NCBI GenBank assembly: GCA_963718745.1
Contig: OY970370.1
Location: forward strand, 1,095,904-1,159,903
Source: Candidatus Fermentibacterota bacterium
GTDB taxonomy: Bacteria > Fermentibacterota > Fermentibacteria > Fermentibacterales > Fermentibacteraceae
Direction of reading: 5' to 3'
Length of the DNA: 64,000 bases
Positions 33,548-48,100 of the stretch are shown here, in pieces. Under the pieces are notes generated by a model. That model was given only the letters and a program-made list of their open reading frames with translations. It did no database searches and was not told the DNA's origin. Every line of letters starts with the position of its first letter. Position 1 is the stretch's first letter. The position numbers were made by a program, and so were the translations under genes.

Positions 33548-34660
33548 TCAGCCCCGCAATCCCTGAGGGACTTCCAAGCCGGCGATCTCGAGCTCCCTCG
33601 AGACGATGGCCGCAAGCCTCCCCGGCCAGGAGTATGATTCGGCATGCCTCCTGCAGACGGCGGGATCCGGCGGGTGGTCGAGGAACCCCTCGACGGCGCA
33701 CGCAAGGTTCTCGGGCGTTCCCGGCCGGACAGCGGCGGCGATCTCCCGGGGGAAGGAATCCATCAGCCCGCTCCCGGAAAGCCCTACGACAGGGATCCCG
33801 CTCGAGAGAGCTTCGAGGAACGTCAGCCCGAGGGTCTCGGCGGGAGCGGCGGACAGCAGCACATCGGCCTCCCTGTAGATGCCGGCCAGCTCGTCCTGCT
33901 CCATGAAGCTGCGGTAGGTTATCCCCTGCGACCCGGTGGCGAGTTCCTCGACCCGGGGTCTGAGGATCCCGTCCCCCACTATGACCAGTTTCGAAGGCCT
34001 CCTGCCGGAGACTATCCTGAAGGTCTCGAGCACGGTCTCCAGGCCCTTCTCGCGCGTGAGCCTCCCGACGAAGAGGATGACCGATCCCCTCCGTCCCTCT
34101 CCGGGCCGGAAAATACCGGTGTCCACGCCGAGAGGAGCTATCTCGGTGTTGGTGATCCCGTGCAGGCCCAGCACGTCCCTTATCACGGGCGAGGCGACGA
34201 AGATCTTGGAGCTGTCGGCATAGACCGACCGGAGGAAGGCCCAGCCGGCCCTCTCCAGCGCCCTCCTGAGCGCGGTGTCGCGGCTCCCGAAGATCGCCTG
34301 GGTGTAGGACACCGGAAAATAGGCATGGTAGTAGTCGAAAACGGGCCTGCCCGATCCGGCGGCCCAGATCGAGAGCGCCCTCCTGAACCTGAAGGGACAG
34401 CCCGCCTCGGCTATATCGGGTTTCCAGCTCCGGAGTACGCGCAGTATGCCTCTGCATGAAACGGGAGCCCTGTAGCCGGGCGAGAAGGGGATCCGGGGCG
34501 ACCGGACCATCGCTCTGGAGAGCGTCGGGGAATCGGAGAACGAGTCACGCGCGCCCGGAACGACGAGGAGGTGCCGGAACAGGTCCGCCCTGGATGCGAA
34601 CCATTCCTCCTTCCTCTCGAGATAACGCCTGACGCCTCCGCCGGAGGCGCTCCAGAACAT
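33548..34660 (-). CDS. Glycosyltransferase family 4 (GT-B)
   Basis: 371 aa from ATG 34660 (MFWSAS...). GT1/GT4 C-terminal domain (VGRLTREKGLETVLE...FLEALSSGIPVVGLSGSG). The track ORF extends spuriously upstream, overlapping the GGDEF gene. Confidence 0.85.
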   Translation of the reverse strand: MFWSASGGGVRRYLERKEEWFASRADLFRHLLVVPGARDSFSDSPTLSRAMVRSPRIPFSPGYRAPVSCRGILRVLRSWKPDIAEAGCPFRFRRALSIWAAGSGRPVFDYYHAYFPVSYTQAIFGSRDTALRRALERAGWAFLRSVYADSSKIFVASPVIRDVLGLHGITNTEIAPLGVDTGIFRPGEGRRGSVILFVGRLTREKGLETVLETFRIVSGRRPSKLVIVGDGILRPRVEELATGSQGITYRSFMEQDELAGIYREADVLLSAAPAETLGLTFLEALSSGIPVVGLSGSGLMDSFPREIAAAVRPGTPENLACAVEGFLDHPPDPAVCRRHAESYSWPGRLAAIVSRELEIAGLEVPQGLRG

Positions 34661-34680
34661 CGTCGCGTCGCAGTGACGGA

Positions 34681-37118
34681 TCAAGGTATCTGCGGGCAGT
34701 TGCCGAGGGATGGAGCAACGACACGGTTCTTGCCGGCCCTCTTCCCCATGTACATCCGCTTGTCTGCTATCTCGAGAAGCCGGTCCCTGTCCCCGACGTC
34801 GGTGGGGAAGGTCGCGACCCCTATGCTCACGCTCACGCAGCCGAGAGGCTGTTCGGAGGAATGCGGGATCTCGGAGTTGTTGTCGACCACCATCTGGCGG
34901 ATACGCTCGGCTATCTCCGCGGCCACCTTGCCTCCGGTCAGCGGCAGGATGCTCACGAACTCCTCCCCGCCGTACCTGACCAGGGTATCGATCTTCTCCC
35001 GCAGGGCGCCGGAGATGGTCCTCGCGAGCGTGCGCAGGAGCGTGTTGCCCATGGGATGGCCGAAGTGGTCGTTGTAGTTCTTGAAATCGTCCACGTCTAT
35101 CATGAGCAGCGAACATTCGTAGTTGTAGCGGATCGCCCTCTCGAGCTCCTCCCGGATCCTCTCCTCGTAGAAGCGGAGGTTCCTGAGGTTCGTGAGCCTG
35201 TCCCTCTGGGCGGCCTCCCAGGCCCGGGCGTGCAGCCTGGCGTTCTCGACGGCTGTCGCTGCATTGTTCGCCAGGCTCGAGATCCTGCGGACCGAATCGG
35301 CGTCGAACCTGCTCCTGACCCTGCTCTGGATGTCGATCACACCGGTAGCCTTGTCCTGGATGAGCATCGGAACTGCGATCTCGCTTCGGGTTGCACTGAA
35401 ATCCTCGACATAGCGCGGTTCCTGGGCGACATCGGGGATGTTGAGGGCGCGCGCGGTCATGAATGCGCCTCCGACTATCCCGAGCATGGAATTGCTCCCG
35501 GACGGAGATTCGTCACGTGGACCCCTGTACATCGGACCCGAGAGTATCACCGGCCTTCCGAGCCCCTCCTCGTCGGGGCTGTAGCCGCATCCGGCCTTTA
35601 CCACGAGCCTCTCGGGGATGCCTGACTCGGTGTCGTCCTCGGGCAGGAGGATGGAAACGGCATCCTCGGGATAGAAGAGCCTCAGGCTCCTGAGGAGGAG
35701 ATCGCAGATGTCGTCGAGTTCGAGGGTGGAGTTCAGGTCGCGGCCGATCCTGGACATCATCTCGAGTTCCTCGTTCCTCTGCCTGAGGTCGGCCCTGAGG
35801 TTCTGCTCCCCTGTGACGTCGACGGCGAGGAGGACCGCTCCGGTGATCCTTCCGCCCCTCCTGTAGGGGACGTAGCGGAGGTTGAGGATCGACTGGGTCC
35901 CGCCGGCCCGCGGGACACGGACACCGTCCTCCACGCACGACCGGCCTTCGAGGAGCACACGGCCGAGAGTCTCGAGGCGTCCTTCGCCGGCGAGCGCCGG
36001 TGCCGCCTCGGAGAGGGTCCTCCCCTTCAGCAGCTCGGGTCGGTACCCGAGCAGGGCTTCGGTGCCTGTGGCTTCGGTTATCCTGCCGGACTGATCGATC
36101 ACTATGACCGCGGAACCGAGGCTTCCCAGGATCAGGGAGGTCTGCTCCCTGGCTCCCGTGATCTCCTCGAGATCCAGAGAATTGCGGACCACCACGGAGG
36201 AGCGGACGCAGAAGTCCCTCAGGACGTCCAGATCGTCGGGGCCGATCCCCCTGTTCGTGACGTGGCAGTCGCACCTGACGACGCCCATCACCCCTGCCGC
36301 ATCGAAGATAGGCGTATCGACGTAATCCGTGGATCCCGCCCACGACAGGCGGATCTCCGAGATCCCTACCTCCGACGAGCGGACCTGGCGCCTTTCCCGG
36401 ACGGCTATCGCGACAGGGAGCCCCTCGATCGAGGAGATCCTCACGGACTGCTGCTGGAAATCTGCCGGAACGCCCCTTCCGAGGGCGGATTCGACTCTCA
36501 GCTCGCCGGGCTCCGGCAGGTACTGGAAGACCTGGACCCTGTCGAAACCGAGGCCTGTCAGCACTCCCGAGGCTATGCTCCGGAAGACCTCGCGGACCGA
36601 CGGGGACATGCTGAGGTCAAGCATTATGTCCTGCATCGCCTCCAGCCTGTCCAGCCTCTTCTCGAGAACGCCGGTGAGCTCCTCGAGGATCGAGACGCGG
36701 TCCGGGAAGGAGCCCGGGGAGAGGTGCGCAGGAGTGCGCCCGATCGCCGCATCGAGCAGGGCCAGGCATTTCTCGACGAAGTCGTGCGGCTCGATGGGCA
36801 TTTCGATGACGGTGTCCGCCCCCACCCTTTTCGCTCGGGACGCGGCGGCCCTGTCCATCCTCGGGAGCAGGACGGCGATCTTCAGGCCGCTGAAGGCGGG
36901 GTGGCTCCTCAGGTACCTCACGACCCGGAGCGCGCCCAGGCCGGGCAGGTAGAACCCGCAGAGCACGAGGTCCGGCATCACCTGCCAGGCCTTCCTGATG
37001 ACCTCCACTCCGTCATGCACCATGTCGGCATGAAGGCCCTCCATGCGGAGGGCCTTCTGCAGCATCAGAGCGAGCTCGTTGTCGCTCTCGGCGATGATGA
37101 CGCGCTGGTTTCTCTCTA

Positions 37119-37122
<4 letters not shown>
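34681..37122 (-). CDS. Diguanylate cyclase with an N-terminal pseudo-receiver, GAF/PAS sensor domains and a C-terminal GGDEF domain
   Basis: 813 aa. The N-terminal CheY-like fold has the phosphoacceptor Asp position occupied by Gly (PDLVLCGFYLPGLGA). Central GAF/PAS-like regions. The C-terminal RYGGEEF motif is intact. Confidence 0.85.
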
Positions 37123-39877
<2,755 letters not shown>

Positions 39878-39983
39878 CTTGCAACCACCAACCACGAGTT
39901 AGGGACAGTCCTGCGGCGACGGGGATGCCGCCTCTGAATACTGCATTTGGGGAATATAGTCCCGGGACGGCCGGTGCGAACAA

Positions 39984-41156
39984 CTACTTCCGGGTGGACG
40001 TCCCGTGCCACATCCAGCCCACGAACTCCTCGATCTCGGTTCTCTCGGCATCGGAGGAGGGGGTGAACCTGGCCAGGACCCAGTCCACCGCATCGGCCGG
40101 GGATCCGAAGTCCGCGAGACCCGATGCTAGAGAGGCCAGCAGGTCGGACAGCCCGCTCGTCCTCATCCCCGCCAGGAGATCCCTTCCCTCGACGGCGGTG
40201 CGGGCGAGCAGGTCCGCCCTGTTGAAGGCCTCGAGGTCCACCGTGCGCGAGATCTCGGCGAAGCGCTGCTTGAGCCTGCTCTCCGACACCCCGTACTCGG
40301 CGGCCAGTTCCTCCTGCGTGTAGTGAGGGCCGTTCATGGTGACCGCATACTCGAGCGCGGCCGCCCAGATCGCGGGTTTCCTGCCAGCGGGGCCGCTCCC
40401 GGATGCCGAGAGGAACGAGTCCCACAGGGCTGCGGCCTTGTCCGAGAGCTCCTTGCCGTATCCGTGGAGCTGCATGATCCCTGCCGCCATGGCGGGTACC
40501 AGATCCCTCACGGACAGGGGAGGATCCTCGTGGACGATCGCCCGGCGCTTGGTTGACACCCTGAGCGCTTCTATCCTGAGCAGCGTGTGCTCGATCTTCG
40601 AATCGAACGGCGCGAGATCCCGCGCCTGGAGAAGCAGATGAAGGCTCTCCTCCAGATGTCCGTGCTTGGCCTCCAGGAGCGCCTGGTATGCGAGTGTCGC
40701 CGGGACACCGTTCTGCTCCCGCCTGGCAACCGAGAGCAGGATCCTCTCGGCCTCGGCGTCCCTGTCCAGAAGCAGGAGCGACAGACCGAGCTTCCTTCTT
40801 GCGTCGAGGTCCTCCGGGCAGGACTTGAGGTAGTCCTCCAGGCTCTCCCGGGCCTGTTCGAACCAGTCCAGCCTGAGGAACACGTCCGAGGCCATGAGCA
40901 GCGCGGCCGAACCGGGGATTCCGTGCCACTGGAAGCCGGACATCCTCGCTGCGGCCTCCCTCGCCCTGCCCTCGAGCAGGTCGAGCCTGGAGAGCGAGAG
41001 CAGCGCGAGGTCCTCGTCGGAGGTCGACCTGACTGCAGGGTCGGCGAGAAGCCTCTCCAGACCCTCCCTCTCCCCTGCGGGGTCCCCCCTGTCCCTCGCT
41101 CCCTCGATCTCCTTCCAGAGCCAGCGGATCTTCCCGATGGACGGCGTCTCTGTCAT
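39984..41156 (-). CDS. TPR-like helical repeat protein with a C-terminal helix-turn-helix motif
   Basis: 390 aa. Predicted helical repeats, then ...HYTQEELAAEYGVSESRLKQRFAEI, which resembles an HTH. A GAGG lies 7 nt upstream of the ATG. It sits immediately downstream of the first C25 peptidase gene. Confidence 0.6.
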   Translation of the reverse strand: MTETPSIGKIRWLWKEIEGARDRGDPAGEREGLERLLADPAVRSTSDEDLALLSLSRLDLLEGRAREAAARMSGFQWHGIPGSAALLMASDVFLRLDWFEQARESLEDYLKSCPEDLDARRKLGLSLLLLDRDAEAERILLSVARREQNGVPATLAYQALLEAKHGHLEESLHLLLQARDLAPFDSKIEHTLLRIEALRVSTKRRAIVHEDPPLSVRDLVPAMAAGIMQLHGYGKELSDKAAALWDSFLSASGSGPAGRKPAIWAAALEYAVTMNGPHYTQEELAAEYGVSESRLKQRFAEISRTVDLEAFNRADLLARTAVEGRDLLAGMRTSGLSDLLASLASGLADFGSPADAVDWVLARFTPSSDAERTEIEEFVGWMWHGTSTRK

Positions 41157-41210
41157 CCCGACCTCACTTCGCTCCGCCGTTCCTGTCTCCTGCCCGCCTT
41201 CTCGTCGATC

Positions 41211-41230
41211 TCATCTCATCTCATCTCATC
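41211..41230. repeat. Pentanucleotide microsatellite (TCATC)4 on the plus strand, i.e. (GATGA)n on the coding strand, overlapping the stop codon of the upstream peptidase gene
   Basis: TCATCTCATCTCATCTCATC with partial copies flanking it. The TGA stop of the 41226-44978 gene (41226-41228) is itself part of the repeat. Confidence 0.8.
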
Positions 41231-44200
41231 TCACGACTGCGAGGACACCCTGGAAACCGGCGTCGCTCTCGAAGGAGGAGGCGCCCACCGAGACGGCCGA
41301 GATCCGGAAGACGTAGGCACCCGTGGCGGGTTCGTCGCCGTCGGCGTCGAGCCCGTCCCACAGGATCTGGTTGTACCCCTGCTGGCACTGGGATTCCAGC
41401 CTGCGGATGCACCGGCCCGAAACCGTGTGGATCGAAACCGTGACGGATGCGTCCTCGGAGAGCCTGAAGCTGAAGCAGCGCAGGCCGCTCCCGGGGTTGG
41501 GATAGACCAGGGCCTCGGATATCGCGATGCTGCCCGGGGCTCTGACCGAAACCTGCAGCGTGTCCCTGGAGCTGTTCCCGGCTCCGTCGAAGCTCCACAG
41601 GATAAGGCTGTGCTCTCCTACGGGAAGCGTTCCCGTCTCGCAGCGGAGCAGCCCCTGCGTGCTGCTGCCCAGGTCGTACGAGAACGAATCGCTGACGTCA
41701 CGGCCCTCGTCGTCCACGAACAGGGTGAGCTGTCTTCCGGACCCTCCCAGGAAGCAGATGCCCGAGGGATCGGAGAGCGAGGCCTCCAGGACCGGCTCGC
41801 CCGAGACCTCTGGGTGCTCCACCCCCTCCTGGCCTTCGATCCACATCTGTACCTCCGGACCTTCGTAGTCGCCGCCGGGGGGAGTCCCGGGGACCACGGG
41901 CACCGGATCCTCACCTCCCGCGTCGATATCGGCCGGGGCGGGGACCGCACCGCCGATCCGTCCGAAGACCCCGGTGACGGACTGGACCGGGAGCAGGCAA
42001 TCGAGCGCGAAGGAGCCGGCGGAGACGGCCGCGCTGCCGCGGAAGGCCACGCCGCCATACTTCAGGTAGTCGATCTCGGAGCCGAGCCGGCAGATGTAGG
42101 TGACCTCGCTCGACGACTCGCGCACGGTCACGAGGGCCACTCCGGACTCCTGTCCGGCTGTGCCGGTGACATGGTTGGACTCACCCGTCCGGAGGGTGTC
42201 GTCAGCGGTCGCCAGGGCGACCTCCCCCGACGGGGAGGGCAGCACCGTCTCGAGGTCCCCGAAAAGGCAGTAGTACTCGTTGTTGCCGAAGTAGGAACCG
42301 CAGATGAGCTTGGACTGCCAGAGCGCCTCGCTCACGGTGAGCCCGGGATGGGTGAGGAGCGAGTCGAGAACGGACCTGGCCAGCTGATAGTTGGGAGTGG
42401 GTCCGGTGCCCCTCGTGGCTGCGATGGACGCGAGGGAGCCCCCGGCGGGATGCAGGATCAGCTTCTCCCCGATGGCATCCTCTCCGGTCCCGTCGAAATG
42501 CCCCACGTCGCACGATGCCCAGAAGGAGACCGGGAGCCTGCCGCCGTTCTCGAGCAGGGCGACGTCCGCGGAGTACATGATCCCCTCGTGCGTGAGCTGG
42601 CCGGCCGAACCGTGTCCGAAGAAGATCGCGGCCGCGAAGCCCTCAGAGAATGTCTCCAGGAAGGCCTCCCTCGCCTCGGGCTTCTTCGGATGGGTTCCCG
42701 AGGGCGGCCACGGGTACTCGATCAGGTAGAACTTGGTCCTCTCGAGGCTGCGTGGTGCCATCTCCTCGGCGAGGAACTCCGAATCCCGCACGTGGAAGGT
42801 CTCATCGTAGGTGGTGTCGTTGCCCCATTCGTCGTCCGCTATGAAGAGCATCCTGTTGGTCCATGCGCCCCGGTTCACACCGGAGGCCTGGGCGATGAGC
42901 TTCGCCGTGCATGTGAGGAGCTCGGAGGCGGACTGTACCGGAAGCCTGGCTATCGGCAGCTCGGGCAGGTCGGCGTCTTCGTGCACCATCACGTAGATAT
43001 CGTCGGAAAGCGGGTTGGTGTATGAGAGCCTGGACCAGGGGAAGATCATCTCGGGAGCGGAGGTGGTGCGTCCCGTCGCATCGTAGTGGCCGTCGCCGAC
43101 CAGGAGCACGCCTCCAGGAGGCGACTCCCAGGAGTCCATCGCCCACCTGACCGCCGACCTGATCGCACCGGGGTCGGCGACCCCCTGGCCGAATTCGTCG
43201 AAGATCTCGCGGGTCGTCGCCACCGCACACGAAATCCCCTGCGACTCGTAGAGCGCGAGCAATCCCCAGAGCTCGTTCGACAGGACCTCGGGCACGACTA
43301 TCAGACGGTCGGCTCCGGAAACGGTTCCCACGAGCCTGCCCGGAGAAGCCGGGGCGATCGAGTCTGGGCTCAGCCAGCCGTCCGCGCTCACGGCGAGGAG
43401 GTGGGTGCCGGTTGCGACATCCACCGAGAACAGACTCGTCGAAGACGATATCTCGTACCCGGTCAGGGCGACCGGGGCGAGGAAGTCGTCGACCAGATAG
43501 AGCGACGAGCCCGAATCGAAGGGTCCCAGCGCGAAGCCGAACCTCCCCTGCCTCTCCACTCCGGGAAGGAGAACGAGGTCGGCGGCCGCGGACCCGGCTA
43601 CGGGAGCCCTGATCTGGATCCTGTCCACGAAGAAGTCCTCCGAGCTGGAGGAAGCGCTCTCTATCCTCACTTCTCCGGACGAAGGGATGGAGACGCCGGG
43701 GATGGTCAACGTCCATGTCCCGCTCGAGACCCAGCTGCCCGTGTACACGAGATCGTCGCCGAGGAAGACCGAATACTGCTTCGATCCCGAGGATTCGCCG
43801 CAGAGGCGGACGAGGATCGTCCCGGTCCCGGACGGGGTGTAGCCCAGGGAGTACCCTTCGCTGAAGGAGCCGCCCGGCGACAGTGCCGCCCACGCCCAGC
43901 CGTTTACGAACTCTGCTCCCGGCGCCCAGAGGAGGTCCTCCTCCATGAGGTGGTCGTGCATCACGGGCCCGAACTGGGGAGAGGCGTCGGGAGCGGCATG
44001 GAGCGTTCCCATCCTGGCCCCGGGCTCGTCCCCCCAGGTGAGCCAGTAGGTGTTCGAGTCGTCCCACCTGTGCGCAGAAAGCGATGGGGCGCCGGACTGG
44101 GGGATCCACCGGACGAGGCCGCGGGCGATGAACCTGATCCTGTCGGACTGGTCGAATACCCCGTCCCCTCCGTCGATCACTTCGATCCCGACCGGCTCGA

Positions 44201-44978
44201 GATTGTGTTCATCCTCGGGTTCGAATCCGAACATCTCAGCCGGACCGGTGAACATCCCCAGGGTCGCGGAGGGCGCTCCCTCGACGTCGCAGCCGGCCGA
44301 GACCAGCTCCGCGCAGGAGATCTCGTACCCCCCGGAGACCGATATGGTCAGCCTGGCCCAGGGGCGGCCCCAGAACGGGCTCTCGGCCCTCGATCCCTCG
44401 AGCCTGTAGAACGGCACGTCGAAGGGGCAGACGAGCGAGGCGAGACGCGAGGGCCTCGAGGTGGAGCCGGCGCGTACGGCGTCCCATGAGAGGTCGATCC
44501 TCACCGTCGAGGCGAACGAGCCGCCCTGCTCCCCCAGCCACGGATAGATGTCGACCGCGGCGAAGCTGTAGCCCGCAAGGGGGATGACCCCGGCGAGGAC
44601 GACGTTCCGGTCGGGCCCGTCGAGAGGAGGAGCCGCGACCTCGATCGTCGACAGCCCGGTCCCCTCCAGGGCGGGGGCACGTTCGGCGCCGCCGGCCAGA
44701 GCGGAGGACACCGATCTGTCGATGATCGTGTATTCGAGCATCGGTTCCGCGCCGGGCGGCACGGGGATGTACAACCTCCGAACCGGCAGGACGGGCTTCC
44801 CGGGCTCCCACAGGAGCCCCATACCCTCGAATGCGGCGAGCGGCTCTTCGCTCGGTCCCGCCGCGGCCTGCGGTCCGGTGCTGAAGACCAGGCTGCAGCC
44901 GCCGGGACCGGAGGACAGGAGATCGACGGAGCCGGAGGCGGCAGCCGCCAGGGAAACGATGCATAACAATGCTTTCAT
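41226..44978 (-). CDS. C25 (gingipain/PorU-like) cysteine peptidase family protein with a T9SS C-terminal sorting domain
   Basis: 1250 aa. N-terminal signal peptide MKALLCIVSLAAAASG. Putative His/Cys dyad in FFGHGSAGQL and WASCDVGHFDG. The last roughly 100 aa form a Por-secretion CTD (VYPNPGSGLRCFSF...WDGLDADGDEPATGAYVFRI). Confidence 0.8.
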   Translation of the reverse strand: MKALLCIVSLAAAASGSVDLLSSGPGGCSLVFSTGPQAAAGPSEEPLAAFEGMGLLWEPGKPVLPVRRLYIPVPPGAEPMLEYTIIDRSVSSALAGGAERAPALEGTGLSTIEVAAPPLDGPDRNVVLAGVIPLAGYSFAAVDIYPWLGEQGGSFASTVRIDLSWDAVRAGSTSRPSRLASLVCPFDVPFYRLEGSRAESPFWGRPWARLTISVSGGYEISCAELVSAGCDVEGAPSATLGMFTGPAEMFGFEPEDEHNLEPVGIEVIDGGDGVFDQSDRIRFIARGLVRWIPQSGAPSLSAHRWDDSNTYWLTWGDEPGARMGTLHAAPDASPQFGPVMHDHLMEEDLLWAPGAEFVNGWAWAALSPGGSFSEGYSLGYTPSGTGTILVRLCGESSGSKQYSVFLGDDLVYTGSWVSSGTWTLTIPGVSIPSSGEVRIESASSSSEDFFVDRIQIRAPVAGSAAADLVLLPGVERQGRFGFALGPFDSGSSLYLVDDFLAPVALTGYEISSSTSLFSVDVATGTHLLAVSADGWLSPDSIAPASPGRLVGTVSGADRLIVVPEVLSNELWGLLALYESQGISCAVATTREIFDEFGQGVADPGAIRSAVRWAMDSWESPPGGVLLVGDGHYDATGRTTSAPEMIFPWSRLSYTNPLSDDIYVMVHEDADLPELPIARLPVQSASELLTCTAKLIAQASGVNRGAWTNRMLFIADDEWGNDTTYDETFHVRDSEFLAEEMAPRSLERTKFYLIEYPWPPSGTHPKKPEAREAFLETFSEGFAAAIFFGHGSAGQLTHEGIMYSADVALLENGGRLPVSFWASCDVGHFDGTGEDAIGEKLILHPAGGSLASIAATRGTGPTPNYQLARSVLDSLLTHPGLTVSEALWQSKLICGSYFGNNEYYCLFGDLETVLPSPSGEVALATADDTLRTGESNHVTGTAGQESGVALVTVRESSSEVTYICRLGSEIDYLKYGGVAFRGSAAVSAGSFALDCLLPVQSVTGVFGRIGGAVPAPADIDAGGEDPVPVVPGTPPGGDYEGPEVQMWIEGQEGVEHPEVSGEPVLEASLSDPSGICFLGGSGRQLTLFVDDEGRDVSDSFSYDLGSSTQGLLRCETGTLPVGEHSLILWSFDGAGNSSRDTLQVSVRAPGSIAISEALVYPNPGSGLRCFSFRLSEDASVTVSIHTVSGRCIRRLESQCQQGYNQILWDGLDADGDEPATGAYVFRISAVSVGASSFESDAGFQGVLAVVR

Positions 44979-45162
44979 GCCGATGACTCCAGCAGCGCGG
45001 GAAGGCCGGCTGCAGCTCCGATCCGGAGGCTTGTCACGCCCGGCTCGCCAGATGATTCGGTCCTTCCAGTGTCGATCCCGATAATGGAGCCGCCCCGGTC
45101 CGCTTCCACTTTCCGCCGGGCGGCCGCGGGGATCGGGAGACCTCGGTCAGATGCGAAGCTCA

Positions 45163-48100
45163 TCAGTCCCTTACCACCCCGATGACGCCCTGCATGGTCT
45201 CCGAACCGGAGCCTCCCTCGAACCGCAGGAGGTAGAGGTAGGCTCCGCTCGCGGGGAGGTCGCCGTCCGCATCGAGCCCGTCCCAGAGGATCTGGCAGTA
45301 GCCAGCCTCGAGCTCGCGCGAGGTCCGCCAGATCCGCCTTCCGGCGACCGTGTGGATCGAGACTTCCGCCGTGCCGGGCGCCGCCGTCCGGAAGCTGAAG
45401 CACATGGGTCCGGATCCCGGATTGGGGTAGACGACGAACTCGTCCAGCAGGTCGTCAGGAGCATCGACCACCGAGAAGTCGAGCGTGTCCCGGGAGGCGT
45501 TGCCCATGCCGTCCCAGGCTACCATTATGACACGGTGGGTCCCCTCGACCAGGCTGGGGAGCCGGTACTCCAGGCCGCCGTCGGTCGAGCTGCCCGGTTC
45601 GTAGGCGAAGTACTGGCTAAGGTCGAAGGCCTGTGAGTCCAGATTGATGAGGATCGCCCTGCCTGCGGCACCTCCGAAGGCGCAGATCCCGCTGGGATCG
45701 GACAGCTGGGCGAGAAGAACGGGTTCCGGACCCGAAACGGGCTGTGCCCCCCTGCAACCCGCCAGGCTGAGCTCGATCAGCGGACCCAGCGAATCCTGTG
45801 CATGCCCGCCCGAATCGACGACCGCTATCCACTCGCGCCAGTCGGAGGTCTGGCCGCGACTCTCCTGGCACAGCGCCGAAGCCCTCCCGAACGCACCGGT
45901 ATCCGACTGCAGGGGCATGAAGAACTCGGTGTCCAGGATACCCCCCGAGGTTGGGAACGAACCGGAGAACGCCGTCGAACCGAATTTCAGATATCGCAGG
46001 AGGTGCCCGCTGAGACAGGTATAGTCGACTACCGCGCCGCTCTCCACGACCCTGACCCTTGCAGTACCGTCGACCGGGAAGGGTGCCAGAAGGGAGTTCA
46101 GCCTGCCCCGGCGGAGGGTGCCTCCCTCGATTTCGACCAGGCTCCCCTGATCGGGTCTGCACAGTTCGAGGGTGCCATCCCCGAACAGGATGTACTGGAA
46201 CGTGTTGTTGGCGGGGTTGAGCATCTTGGCCGCCCAGAGGGCGTGGCTCGTCCTCACCGTGGAGGTGTCGAGGAGGATCGAGGCCATGTCGCTGAAGAGG
46301 TTCTCGTTCGCGCCCGTGGGGGTGCCCCGCGTCGCGGCTATGGTCATGACCGCGCCTGCACCCGGCCTCAGCACGAACTCCTCGGCCATGCAGTCGGTCG
46401 ATATGAGGTCGAAATGTCCGACGTCGCAGCTGGCGAAGGTCATCAGGGGCTGGCGGGGGCCGTTGTCTATCCTGGCGATGTCGCTCGTGATGAGGAGCTT
46501 CTCGTGGCAGATCTGGTCATGGGACCCGTGGCCGAAGAAGAACACGGCCAGCCAGCCCCTTGCAAGCTCCTCCACGTAGTCCTCCCTCGCTTCGGGTTTG
46601 AACGGATGGGTTCCGGTCCCGGGCCAGGGGTACTCGACGAGGTAGAACTTGCTCCTCTCGAAGGAGGGGCTGATGACCGTGTCGGACAGCAGCTCGCACG
46701 AGCGGGTGTGAGCCCGTTCGCTCTGGATCATACCCTGGCCCCATTCGTCGTCCGCGGTCAGGAGCACCCTGTTGCACCACTCACCCGCGGCGGTGCGGGA
46801 GCGGTAGGCGGCCGTCTTCGAGAGGTAGACGGAGACGTCCTGGGGGGAGTCGGCCGGGATCCTCGAGAGAGGGACCTCCGGGAGGTACTGCTCCGCGGTC
46901 GTCATCGCGAAGCAGTCGTCCAGGTTCAGGCCCGAGGAATAGCCGTTGGTCAGCAGGATCCAGGCCGGGAAGAGAACCGGTTCGGGAGTGTTCCTGTTGA
47001 GCGGATCGTAGTGACCGTCTCCGACGAAGACGAGATCGGAGGGCACAGGGTCCCACGAGTCGAGCGTCCAGGCTACGAAGGAGCGTATCGCGCCGGGATC
47101 GGAGACGCCCTGGCCGAACTCGTCGTACACTTCGCTGAGCGCCACCAGCGCGACGCTCCGGCCTTCGGCCTCCATCTGCACCGCGAGTGGCGCGGAGGCC
47201 TCCAGGAGTTCGTCGGCGGCTATGATCACGGCATCTGCGCCCGAGAGGGTGCCGACGATGCGGCCGGGAGAGGCTTCGGAGATCGACGAAGGGGTTCTCA
47301 GATCGGCTCCCCTCACGGCAAGGAGCCTGGAACCGGGCCGCGCGTACAGGGAGAACCCGGTCAGCCCTCCGACGTCGGTCACCCCGGTGAGGATGCGCAC
47401 GTCGAGATGGTTCGAGCAGTCGAACAGCATCGCCGGTCCGGAGCCTTCGATCTGGAGTCCGAAGTTGTACCTGCCGGCTGGGGCTCCGGTGGGCAGAAGG
47501 TCGGCTCCGCCCGCGTCCTGCCGGCTGCGCGGATAGGAGACCGAGAGGTTGTCGAAGTAGACATCGTAACTGGAGTAGATGCCGCTGACCGTCTCGATCC
47601 TGAACGTATTGGTCCCCTGGATGATCGGAACGTCCTCCAGCCTGAACACCCGGGATATCCCCGCGGACCATGTCGTGTCGGCGAGCATCTCACCGCCCAG
47701 ATAGAACCTGTGATGGAACGTCCCCAGCCCTTCAGGCACGAGCGAGAACTCCAGGTCCGCCCTGCCCGATACCTGCTCTGCGAGGAACGCGAAGTAGGAC
47801 GAGAAGCTGGAGCTGAGTTTCGTCCAGACCCAGCCCGTGTCGAACTCCTTGTCGGGGAACCAGATGGCTTCCTGTTCGATGAAGAGGATGCTGGTCAGGT
47901 CGCCCGGCCATGCCGGCGAACCGTCGGGAGCGGCGGGCACGGAAGCCATCCGCCTGCCCGGCTCGCCTCCCCATGTGAGCCAGTAGACGTTCCTCAGGTC
48001 GTATCTGTGGAAGAGCCTGATCGTTTCGAGTACGGCGGACTGGGTGGGCTCGAAGCGCGACAGTGACCTGCCGATGAAGAGGATGCTGTCCGCAGGGTCG

